NCBI GenBank assembly: GCA_963788655.1
Contig: CAWBHS010000060.1
Span: 160,001 to 224,000, forward strand
Reading direction: 5' to 3'
DNA length: 64,000 nt
Source of the DNA: an uncultured Verrucomicrobiae bacterium
GTDB taxonomy: Bacteria; Verrucomicrobiota; Verrucomicrobiia; Limisphaerales; JAFGQR01
Shown: positions 38,496-47,795 of the stretch, piece by piece
Numbering within the stretch: position 1 is the first letter of the stretch
Layout: each line of letters opens with the position of its first letter
The notes under the pieces: generated by a model
What the model was told of the DNA's origin: nothing
What the model saw: the letters and a program-made list of their open reading frames with translations, nothing else
The model's database searches: none
Position numbers and translations under genes: made by a program

Positions 38496-40856
38496 ATGGA
38501 AAGGCATCTCGTACTCGAAACAAATGCGCGCGGCCGACCGGCTGGCATCTTGCTTTCACTGCTGACCATCATCCTGGCCACTTGGTCCTTAGGCGCCTTG
38601 GCCGCGGCCGCTCCTGGCTCTCCGGTTCTTTTGGTTGCGCATGATGGCACGGGCGCCTTCACCAACATTCAGGACGCCATCGACGCCGCGCCCGCCAACG
38701 CCGTGGTGCGAATTGGGCCGGGCCAATTTGAAGAGTGCTTGACCGTGAACAAGCCGCTCACCCTGGAAGGCACCGGGTGGCAACAAACGGTTTTGAGCCG
38801 ACACTTCATGCCGCCCATTCGGTCAGATGAGGATTTGTTCCGTCGGCTCGGACCGCAATGGGAGTCGGCTCGCCCAGAGGAACGTCAGAAGATCTTGCGC
38901 GAGTTCGTTCGTGCAAATCGGCGGCCTGTGTTGACGGTAGCCGATGCGGCAGACGTCCGTGTCCGTGGTTTGAAGTTCACCGATCCCCGTCCTCCCGCCC
39001 AACGCGGCGCTTTTCCGCAGCAATATGTCGTGGTCTTTACCAATGCCCAGGCGACCTTGACCGATTGCGCGATTGTGGGCGGCCCGGGAATTGGTGTCTT
39101 AATCGGCAAGAACGCGAATGTGGAAATGAGCCAATGCCTGGTGGCCGCCTTTTGGGGTAACGGCATCGAGATCGGCCAACGGGAAGGGCCTGCTCGGGGC
39201 GCCCGCATCTCGGATTGTGACCTCCGCAACTGCTTTCACGTCGGCATCCTGATGGGAGCCGTTTATCAGGAAGCCACGATTGCGCGCTGCCACATCTCCG
39301 GTGCTGCCTGGCACGGCATCCGATATGGCAGCGGCGCGCCGAAGATTATCGACAATCTCATCTTTGGCCACGCCCGTTCTGGGATTTACGCGGGCGGAGC
39401 CTCCGAGGCGATGGTACGTGGCAATGTGATTTGCCGGAACGAAATGGATGGCATGTCCTGCTGGCAGAACAACCACGACCGCATCGAGCAAAACACCTTT
39501 GCGCAAAATGGCCGAGCCGGAGTGGCGGTACTGGGCAACGCATCGCCGGTGCTTCGGCGTAATCTCTTCGTTGGTCACCCACAAGCCGTTTCGCAAGGCC
39601 AGATCGCAGGCCAACTGGAGGTCCCGTTCCCGAAAATCACCCTTCAACACAATGGATTCTGGAACAACCAAACCAACATTGCACGTGGTGGCAAAATGCT
39701 AATGCTCCACGTTGGGGCAAAGCGAGACGAGGCCGCCGTTAAGCGTGGCGCGAAAGAAGACGGAGGCGATTTGTCGAACGTCGAGGTCGATCCGCAATGG
39801 GATGATCCGACCGTCGGGAAATATGCGCTCGCGGCGGATTCGCCGTTGCGGCGGGATGGCATCGGCGTATCGGACCCATTGGCGTTTGCCAGTCCGTGGC
39901 CGTTGCTGCCGAAGGAACGGGCCATGATTCCGCAAGGCGACTCGCGCGATTCCAAGCTTTGGCGTTTCCCGGAACAATATGTTGAAAAAACCGCTGTGAT
40001 GAAGATGCCCAAAGGAAACACCCCAAACGTTGCCGCGACTCCCCTGCCCGTCAGCCACGAATCGGAAGCTGATTTGCCGTCCCTTGCCGCCATCCCGGTG
40101 GCGGCCGAGTTACCCGGTGTGCTGCTGTTCCACGGCCGATACCTCCATCGCAACACAAGGCGTGAGATCGCCGAGCCAAGCGAGTTATGGCTGAAGCAGA
40201 CTCCCTCCGGCGCCCTTACCGCCCTGGCCCGGGTTCCGTTCATGAACGCGACGGAGATGGCCACCAGTGACGCCACGGGACGTTTTACGACGCACCAACT
40301 TTTTACCGACACTTCGGAAAATCGGCCCGCGATCCATGTGAAACTCCAATTCACCACCAACGGCAAGACCCTGCTGACCCGTCGAGGATTGCGCCAGGAT
40401 TGCGACGAGAAAGAACTGCTCGTGCCCGCCGGGGCCTTCTTTGATCCCAATTCGCGCCCCGACTCGTATTGTGCCGCCAACGTTCTGCTGCGCGCGTTTG
40501 ATGTCGATGAAGGCGAAACCAAGGAGTTTCGCGTTTTTGATTGGGATGCGACGGGCGATGCGCTGGCAGATTACACCGTCGAATTGAAACACCTTGGGAA
40601 GGAAACGGTCGAAGTGCCCGCCGGTCGATTTGAAGCGAATCATCTTGTGCTTACGCAACGAACCTCGGCCAACACCTGGTTCAAGAAACGCGCCGGGCAC
40701 GTCACCGAGTTCTGGGTGCTGAATAACCAGGTCATCGTCCGCATCCGTCGTCACCGCGAGCCTTACGAGGTGGCGCTCCTGGACTTTACGGTGCCCGAAA
40801 AGCTGTCCGGTTATCTCGGTCCTTCGTCCGTAACGGCGCTGGGGACGACAAATTAG
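38496..40856 (+). CDS. Secreted right-handed beta-helix (NosD/pectin lyase-like) protein with a DUF3108-like C-terminal domain
   Basis: Signal peptide, VAHDGTGAFTNIQDAIDAA...IGPGQFEE, repeated N.I..N...GI helical turns, and a C-terminal GKETVEVPAGRFEA motif. Confidence 0.75.
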   Translation: MERHLVLETNARGRPAGILLSLLTIILATWSLGALAAAAPGSPVLLVAHDGTGAFTNIQDAIDAAPANAVVRIGPGQFEECLTVNKPLTLEGTGWQQTVLSRHFMPPIRSDEDLFRRLGPQWESARPEERQKILREFVRANRRPVLTVADAADVRVRGLKFTDPRPPAQRGAFPQQYVVVFTNAQATLTDCAIVGGPGIGVLIGKNANVEMSQCLVAAFWGNGIEIGQREGPARGARISDCDLRNCFHVGILMGAVYQEATIARCHISGAAWHGIRYGSGAPKIIDNLIFGHARSGIYAGGASEAMVRGNVICRNEMDGMSCWQNNHDRIEQNTFAQNGRAGVAVLGNASPVLRRNLFVGHPQAVSQGQIAGQLEVPFPKITLQHNGFWNNQTNIARGGKMLMLHVGAKRDEAAVKRGAKEDGGDLSNVEVDPQWDDPTVGKYALAADSPLRRDGIGVSDPLAFASPWPLLPKERAMIPQGDSRDSKLWRFPEQYVEKTAVMKMPKGNTPNVAATPLPVSHESEADLPSLAAIPVAAELPGVLLFHGRYLHRNTRREIAEPSELWLKQTPSGALTALARVPFMNATEMATSDATGRFTTHQLFTDTSENRPAIHVKLQFTTNGKTLLTRRGLRQDCDEKELLVPAGAFFDPNSRPDSYCAANVLLRAFDVDEGETKEFRVFDWDATGDALADYTVELKHLGKETVEVPAGRFEANHLVLTQRTSANTWFKKRAGHVTEFWVLNNQVIVRIRRHREPYEVALLDFTVPEKLSGYLGPSSVTALGTTN

Positions 40857-40909
40857 ACAACAACGCCCCACGAAAGTCCCAATCACAATTCCTCACCGAT
40901 TGGGATGCA

Positions 40910-42048
40910 TTGGTCAAAGAGGTCGATGAGGCTTATCCATTCTTTGAACTCAAAGACATTCGCGCGGACTGGCGGCACACCAAGGCGCGGCTATCCGCAC
41001 GCGTGAAGTCCTGTGCCTCCGGCACCGAGTTCATTGGGATCGTGCTGGAGGCCATCCAATGCTTGCGCGACGCCCATACGCGCCTGAGTAATGTCAAAGT
41101 TCCCATGCCCGACTTTCCGAAATATTACTATCCGGGATTGAGTTTCATGCCCGCGACCCAAAACCGGGTCATCATCATGTCGTCCGCGACGGCTTACGCG
41201 GACCAACTCAAACCCGGCACGATTGTGACCCGCATTGATGGCCGGGAGGCCCGGACGGTAATGGAGGAAACCGCCCGGCTAAACTGGAAAACCGCCGCGC
41301 CGCCGATCTCTGGTTCGAGCCCGCAGCGATTCCGGCTCTTCGCCTATCGTTTGCCCTTCTTGAGTCTGAGCAATGATGTCCATGTCCTCAGTTATCTGGC
41401 AGACGGAGACGAGCGTGAGATCAAGGTGACTTGCGACGTGGAAGCCCGCGGCTGGCCCCACACCTACAACCTGCCGGCGCAGCTCAAGGCGGCAAACCGG
41501 CGCGCCGCCTTTTGCAGACTGCCATCAGGGGCCGGTTACATTTACCTGCGCTCGGTGAATAACGAAACCGAACCAGCCCTGCGGCAGGCACTCGAAGCGC
41601 ACCCGGACGCCCAAGGCTGGATTGTGGATTTGCGCGGTAATGGTGGCGGTGGCTACGACCAGCAATTGCTCGACCGCCTCCGCGCTTTTCCCCAGCCCGT
41701 GGCCGTGCTGATTGACGCGGGTTGCATTTCTGCCGGCGAAACGCTCGCGCGCGATTTCGACGGTATGCCGAAGCGACACTTCTCGGCACCGCCACGGCTG
41801 GCGCTTCCAGTTCGAAGCGCCAGTGGACATTCCCATCAGGGATTGCCTCGGTGACGTTTTCGACCCGCAGTCGCTGGCGCACAGATGGACAACCCATCGA
41901 ATTCAACGGGATCAAACCGGATCAAGTCATTGAGGCGGTGCCCGAAGAGGTAGCGCAAGGCTCGAACTCTGAAATCCAACGTGCGGAAGAATATCTCGCT
42001 CGAGTTCGAGTGCCCGAAGCACCAAACAAATCAGAGCCCGGCAAATGA
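40910..42048 (+). CDS. S41-family (tail-specific/tricorn-like) serine peptidase, frameshifted near 41760; possibly fused to the upstream ORF
   Basis: YPFFELKDI, LRDAHT, PDZ-like LKPGTIVTRIDG, GYIYLRS, IVDLRGNGGG and VLIDAGCISAGE, then LLGTATAGASS...IEFNGIKPD in the second frame. Confidence 0.85.
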
Positions 42049-42105
42049 CATTCTACCCGCGGGGAATTCGTCCCCAACGGTAAGAGCCGGAACGATTCAG
42101 TTGGA

Positions 42106-42257
42106 GTGGCTGGGTTCGTGAGAACGCGGCTGACTGGCGCGGTCAAAGGCCTGCTCCAGGCGAGGGCAATCCGGTCGCTCTCCGGTGACGAGTGGGACGC
42201 TGCGGTTAGCACAGTGGTTCCCTTAAAAGTCAGCCGTGTTCTCACGAACGCAGCCAC
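42106..42257. repeat. REP doublet with 30-bp inverted arms
   Basis: GTGGCTGGGTTCGTGAGAACGCGGCTGACT versus AGTCAGCCGTGTTCTCACGAACGCAGCCAC (2 mismatches), between convergent genes. Confidence 0.85.
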
Positions 42258-42295
42258 ATTCACGGCATACCTGCGGCTAAGTTTTCCTTTTGAAG

Positions 42296-43474
42296 TCAAT
42301 CCGACTTCAACTTGCCGATCCAATACGCAGTGCGCTTTAAATAATAGCCCGGCGACAACGGCCGGTAGTCCAAGTAAGTGAATCCGGGAATTTGCTTTGG
42401 CACTGCGGGCTCAATCTGAGTGCCTTCGTGCCACTCATTGAATGAAGTAATTCCCACCAACTCTGGCGAGACTCCCAACACAGCAGACCACATCCGATCG
42501 TAGTAAGCGCCCGACTCCCGGTCGCGAGTGTTTACCCCGTTCCACGGACGGATGCGGGTGTCGATGTAACCTGGCGCAACGCAGGGGATGAAAAGCTTGT
42601 GATGGGCTCGGGCCCATTCGGCCAATCGGGGCCAGTTGCGGGTGGTCGAACCGTAGGTGAAACCGTCGGTCGCAAAGTAGGTATAAAATCCGTCGAAACC
42701 GCCTTCCAGCATGAATCGCTCTTCGTGTTCCTTGACCCAAAGCCCAATCACCACGGCATCAGCAGGGGTGCCGCGAATGGTCTGGCGGCCTTCGGGAGTC
42801 AGGAGGTTGGCCCATTCCTGAGCCGGCGTCCGGTAGGAATCATAGAGGAAGAACACGGGCCGATTCCCGTAGTCGGGCAAACGATGGCACGCCGGCGAAT
42901 CGCCAAACTTCCCGATCAGATACATGATCGCGTCGCGGGTCGTGGTAGCGTTGCGGCCTGGAAATGGTTCCAGATGGAAGTTGATCTTCAGGCCGGCCTC
43001 TTCCGCCACTTGGAACAAGCCGGGTAAAGCACGATCAGTATAACTGCCCTTCCCCCACCAACTGACACAAATTGCGCGCACGCCCGCCTCGCGCAACTGC
43101 CGCACATGTTCACGAAGCACTTTGAGATCGTTGGCGCTGTAGCAACCGAGCGCCGGATAAAAGTTCGACCCAATGTCCGGCCCACCCGGGAAGGACCGTG
43201 GCGGCTCGTTGCGCACGGCCACCGGATGATTCCAGTTGGCGTAACGCCCGTCGGTCTTGGGATTGCCATACCAGGGATAATAAAAAGCGATCGCTCGAGC
43301 GAATCGACTAGTCGAGCTCTGGCTTCTTTGTATCGCCGTGGATCGACCGGAGCCGGACGTGCTCGACTTTTCCGGTGGAGAAACAACAGGCTGGTCGGCT
43401 GCGGGCAGTACCCCGAGCGGTATCACGAGCAGCAGCGCGAGCGCAAAGGTGTTTCGTTGCACGAGGTTCATCAT
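42296..43474 (-). CDS. GH99-family endo-alpha-mannosidase/mannanase, secreted
   Basis: AFYYPWYGNP, DIGSNFYPALGCYS, VSWWG, NFHLEPF, FDGFYTYFATDGFTYGS, PGYIDTRIRPWN and catalytic ITSFNEWHEGTQIEPA. Confidence 0.92.
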   Translation of the reverse strand: MMNLVQRNTFALALLLVIPLGVLPAADQPVVSPPEKSSTSGSGRSTAIQRSQSSTSRFARAIAFYYPWYGNPKTDGRYANWNHPVAVRNEPPRSFPGGPDIGSNFYPALGCYSANDLKVLREHVRQLREAGVRAICVSWWGKGSYTDRALPGLFQVAEEAGLKINFHLEPFPGRNATTTRDAIMYLIGKFGDSPACHRLPDYGNRPVFFLYDSYRTPAQEWANLLTPEGRQTIRGTPADAVVIGLWVKEHEERFMLEGGFDGFYTYFATDGFTYGSTTRNWPRLAEWARAHHKLFIPCVAPGYIDTRIRPWNGVNTRDRESGAYYDRMWSAVLGVSPELVGITSFNEWHEGTQIEPAVPKQIPGFTYLDYRPLSPGYYLKRTAYWIGKLKSD

Positions 43475-43621
43475 AGCAGGCTTCTGTTTGCCATTTCAAA
43501 AGAATGGGCTGGACTGTGCATCTGACTTCATGCGTGGCAAACCGAAGTTAAGGCGCAAATGCCCACCCGCGATCCGATCCAGTCAAAAGGCACGTTCCTC
43601 ACCTGAACCTTAACTTCGGCC

Positions 43622-45649
43622 TCACGGTACGCGCTCCAGTTTCAGGTAGTCGAGGCCGGCCATGTACGCCTTCTTTGCTTTTTCGTTGGCGCCGACAATC
43701 TCCAGCGTCAGTCGGTGCTGGCCCTTCTTCATTTCATGCGTGCCGAGGTCCAACGGACCGGTGGGAATGACGCTCTGATTGTATAAATCCATTGGCTTGC
43801 CCAGTTTCTGACTGTCGAGCGACAATTGCACGATGCCGTAATCCACCGCTTTGGTGAGCTGCGCGGTCAGCTTATACGTGCCGTCCTTCGCCACGGGTAC
43901 CGCCACCGTCAGTCGGTCGCCCGGCTTGCCTTTGGTCCACCACAGATGCGTCTCATTGCTCCAGTTCCCGGGACGGCGTGACAAGTCCTGCGGAGCCGCA
44001 CCGCCCCCGGTGCATTCGAGGATCTTCAACTCTTCGCCTTCGAGCGCCCCAGCGACGCGCAAGTTCGGAGGCTGAACGTACCAACCGGTGCGTTCTTTCA
44101 GGGACACTGCTGGGTATGCGTCCGCCTGGCCGCTGGCTTGATACCAATAGGCGACCGCCGCGTATCGCGTGGGCTTGTCGTTCTTGTAATACTTTTCAAT
44201 GTCCGCCTCGAAGGACTGCTGGAAGGGAACATTGTCGGCAATCTGCCAACGATTGACACTGATGTGCCCACGGCTGCGGCCGTCATTGTGCGGTTGATTG
44301 TGGAACGCGTGGAAGAAGAGTTGCGGCGAACTCCAGGCATATCCGAAATAATCCTCTGAGCCGGTGCCGATGGTGGACGGAAATTTCTCGCCGTTCACGA
44401 AGAATTTCTCGTCACCCTCACCCCACCAGCCGCCCTTCGGATTCCAGATGTGCAACATCACACCAACGAAGCGCCCGGTTCCTTGCGTCTTCAGCATCGT
44501 CCAGTCGATCGCGCGCCGCTCGGGTTCTGAAGGCAGGAAGGCATCGAGATGCCACTTCGCGTGGAAACGTGCCAGTGTCTCGATGGGGTGCGCGAGTGGT
44601 GCGTGCGTAACTCGGAACTCAACGGTGCGTTGCTCGGTACCGTCGTTGACCAGCTCGAGGCGCGCCTGCTTTCCAAACGGCATATACCAAAACGAGTAAA
44701 AGCCGTCGGCCGTCATGCCCAACGGCAGCGAGCGATACGGGTTGTAGCCCGGCGCCGCGCCGAAGAAATCCCCCAGCGGTACCCAAACGGCAGGCTGGGG
44801 GTCGTTGTCCCAGGTGATCCGCAGACAGAGTTCGCGCAACACATCCCGCTCAGCCGGCGCGGCGGGCAAATCCAGTTGGGCGCGCAAGGCGGTAATCGCC
44901 CGCGGGCCGTCCAGGTTGGCGATCACCGCCGTCTCCCCAGCACCAACGGTAACCGTCTTTTGCATCGTGCTCTCGCCGGCGCGTGGGCTTGCCGGATCAT
45001 CGCCGCAATGTTTGCTTAGAAACTCGTCCGCTTTCGCTAGGGCAGTGAGTTCTTCCGCGGATAAATCCCGGTGAAAGGTCGGCACCACAGTGTCTTTAGG
45101 ATAGGTTGTGTAGGTGAATTGGTAGTATCTCCCCCAATCTTTCTCCGCGACAATCTTGCAAGACTTTTGGAACGGGATGGGCACGTAACAGTTCTTACCG
45201 TTGGCGACCGTGTGGCAAAGTGCTTGGCCTTGGAACGGCGCCTCGGTGCCATCAAAGTATTTGCTGAACGGCAGGTCCACCGCCGGTTCAGCGGCACCAT
45301 CCAGGTAGATCTTAACGTGACCCTTGCCAGCCGTGGCGGACCAGATGCGCCAGATCACGCCGGGTCCTTCCATTTCCGCAAATACGGACAGGTCGCCTTC
45401 GCTGCGGATGATGCCCCCGCCGTCGCCGTTGGCATTCCAATTCACATACATGCCGGTAGCCGGGTCGTATTGAGTGGCGCGATTGTAGCTCGACCATTGC
45501 TGACATTTCTCCCCGGCCGTCGGCAGCACGGAGAGCGCTTCCAGATCGGTGAGCCGCTTGACGAGGTCCACGTAAGTAAACTTCTCCCCAGCAGTCAGGA
45601 TGACTTGAGAGATCAATAGCGAAAGGAGAATGGATATAACTTTCTTCAT
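43622..45649 (-). CDS. DUF2961 / GH172-family glycoside hydrolase, secreted, with C-terminal beta-sandwich
   Basis: Signal peptide MKKVISILLSLLISQVILTA, QWSSYNR, GPGVIWRIW, PLGDFFG, FWYMPF, RFHAKW, GTGRFVG and WWGEGDEKFFVNGEKFPSTIGTGSEDYFGYAW. Confidence 0.88.
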   Translation of the reverse strand: MKKVISILLSLLISQVILTAGEKFTYVDLVKRLTDLEALSVLPTAGEKCQQWSSYNRATQYDPATGMYVNWNANGDGGGIIRSEGDLSVFAEMEGPGVIWRIWSATAGKGHVKIYLDGAAEPAVDLPFSKYFDGTEAPFQGQALCHTVANGKNCYVPIPFQKSCKIVAEKDWGRYYQFTYTTYPKDTVVPTFHRDLSAEELTALAKADEFLSKHCGDDPASPRAGESTMQKTVTVGAGETAVIANLDGPRAITALRAQLDLPAAPAERDVLRELCLRITWDNDPQPAVWVPLGDFFGAAPGYNPYRSLPLGMTADGFYSFWYMPFGKQARLELVNDGTEQRTVEFRVTHAPLAHPIETLARFHAKWHLDAFLPSEPERRAIDWTMLKTQGTGRFVGVMLHIWNPKGGWWGEGDEKFFVNGEKFPSTIGTGSEDYFGYAWSSPQLFFHAFHNQPHNDGRSRGHISVNRWQIADNVPFQQSFEADIEKYYKNDKPTRYAAVAYWYQASGQADAYPAVSLKERTGWYVQPPNLRVAGALEGEELKILECTGGGAAPQDLSRRPGNWSNETHLWWTKGKPGDRLTVAVPVAKDGTYKLTAQLTKAVDYGIVQLSLDSQKLGKPMDLYNQSVIPTGPLDLGTHEMKKGQHRLTLEIVGANEKAKKAYMAGLDYLKLERVP

Positions 45650-45937
45650 AGAAAGGCAGCTTACGGGAATGAAGCAAGATTTGTCATGCCGCGATTTTCG
45701 ATTGACCATGGGGCCGGGGACAGACATGCTTCAGACATGGGGAAGAAGCCCGAAATAGCCCCATTCTCGCGCGGGAACCGTAGAGACTGCTGCTGGCCCA
45801 AAGCCAGCGGAGCATCCTTGATCCTCACTGGTTTTGTGCCCCACACTCTATGCGATGCAATCGCCCAGACCGGACTCTTATCGAACTCACCCCGGCCTCA
45901 ATGATGAAGTTTTCATCCATCAACCTCACATTCGCGC

Positions 45938-47732
45938 ATGAGTAATCAGTCAACCCCGCTTGAGGAGCAAGTGATTGCGTTGCAGGAATCGCTGGCGCGC
46001 GTGGAAAATTCGCTCTCCCGCGTGGAGGCCCGGCTCGCCAGCCTGGAAGAAGCGCAGGGCCGGCGCGTCCCGTCGAACGTTCCACAGGCCATCCCAACAT
46101 CTCCGGAGCCCCGGCAGCAATCGAGTGCGACGGTCGCCAAAACCGAGAACTACGAGGAGGAAGCATCGCTGCGCGAAGCGCTCACCGCCGCTGGCGCAAA
46201 CATCGGCCCAGCCATGATTGGCGGCATCCTGCTGGTCCTGGCGGGAGGCTTCGTGCTTCGGGCTCTCGTCCGAGTCCGGCGAGTTGCCCCTCCTGGCGGG
46301 CACGTGGGTGGGTCTGGGCTATGCTGCAGTGTGGGCGGTCCTCTGCCATATTCTCGGCGCGCGGGGGCGGCGTCCGGAAGCGGCCGCCAGTGCCATTGCG
46401 GCGGTGCTGGTGGCGGTCCCGCTGATCTGGGAATCGACCGTCCGCTTCTCCACGCTGTCGCCTTGGGTGGCGGCGGCCTTGTTGATCGCCACCGCCGCTC
46501 TGGTGCTTCCCATCGCTGAGCGCCACCGGCTGGCGCTGGCTTCCGCCGCCGCAGTTCTGGCCATTGGGTGCGCCTCGGTGGCGCTGATGCTGGGTGGTCG
46601 GCCGCCCGAACCATTCGCTTTCACCCTGGCGTTGCTGGGAATTGCTGCGATCTGGGTGGGGCCGGGACGGGGAGGGCCTCTGCCCTGGGTCGGCTATGGC
46701 TTCGCTGACCTTGGCTTGTTGTTATTGCTCTTCGATTGCCTGAGCGAGCGTTCGGTCGCCCGGCCGGCACCGGCCGTCGCCATATTTGTGGGATTCTTCT
46801 TGGTGACCATGATCATCCTGGTCGTCGGCAGCAAGCGCACTGGCGAAGCCGGCGCACACCGCATCATCCAAGGGACGGCCGCAACGCTGTTGGGTTACGG
46901 AGGTGCCCTGCTCGTGGCGTGGAAACACCTCCCCGGGGTCGAGAGTTTCCTGGCGGCAACCGGTTTCGTCATCGGCGCCGGTGGTTACGCCTTTCTCCTG
47001 GTGGCTGTCCGTTGGTCCCGTGGGCATCGGTGGCCGTATCTCCTTTACAGCAGCCTGTCTTTGGTTATTGCGGCAATGTCGGTCAGCGCCCTGTGTTCGC
47101 CTGCCTGGCCTTTTGTCGCTTTCGCCCTAATCCTGGCCATGCTGAGCGTCACGATGGACCGGGTCAGCCCAGGACTGCATGCCGCCTTCTCTGTTCTCTT
47201 GGCTACTGTGGCCGGTGGGATGGGTGAAATGATTCGCCAAGCTTTCGTCTCCCTGGACATTACCCATTTGCCCCAAGTTAGTTTTCAAGCTGCGGCGACG
47301 CTCATTGCCGCCTGGTTCTGCGCGCTGCTCCCGCTCCGAGTCGATAGTCCTCTTTGGCCCCCCTGGCTGCCGCGCCTGGGACGCGCCATGGTGGTGTTGC
47401 TGGCATTAATGGGAACCGGCGCCATGGTCGTGCTGCTCGTAGCGCCTGCCATTGTCCAAGATGGCGCGAACCTGGATCCCGGCTATCTCGCCGCCCTGCG
47501 CACGGGGGTATTGGCCATCTCGGTCATCGCGGCAGCGGCGGTTTCCCGGTTCCACCGCCTGAGTCCGGCGCGCTGGCTCCTTTGGCCTTTGCTCGGCCTG
47601 ATCGCGCTCAAACTGGTAGTCGAAGATTTCCCGCACGGTCGCGCCATAAGCCTTGCTCCAGCGCTGCTGGTTTACGGCGTCGCCCTCATCTTCGCTCCAT
47701 TCCTGGCGCGCCGCGCCCGGCAGCCCACATAA
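45938..47732 (+). CDS. Polytopic membrane protein (DUF2339-like), frameshifted near 46265
   Basis: N-terminal coiled coil (LARVENSLSRVEARLASLEE), then IGGILLVLAGGFVLRAL, continuing in a second frame with many TM helices ending LKLVVEDF...LLVYGVALIFAP. Confidence 0.7.
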
Positions 47733-47795
47733 ACGATGAGACGATTCGTATCCAATCCTCGTTAACACCTGCGGCCGCAATCGCTGGTCCCGTGA

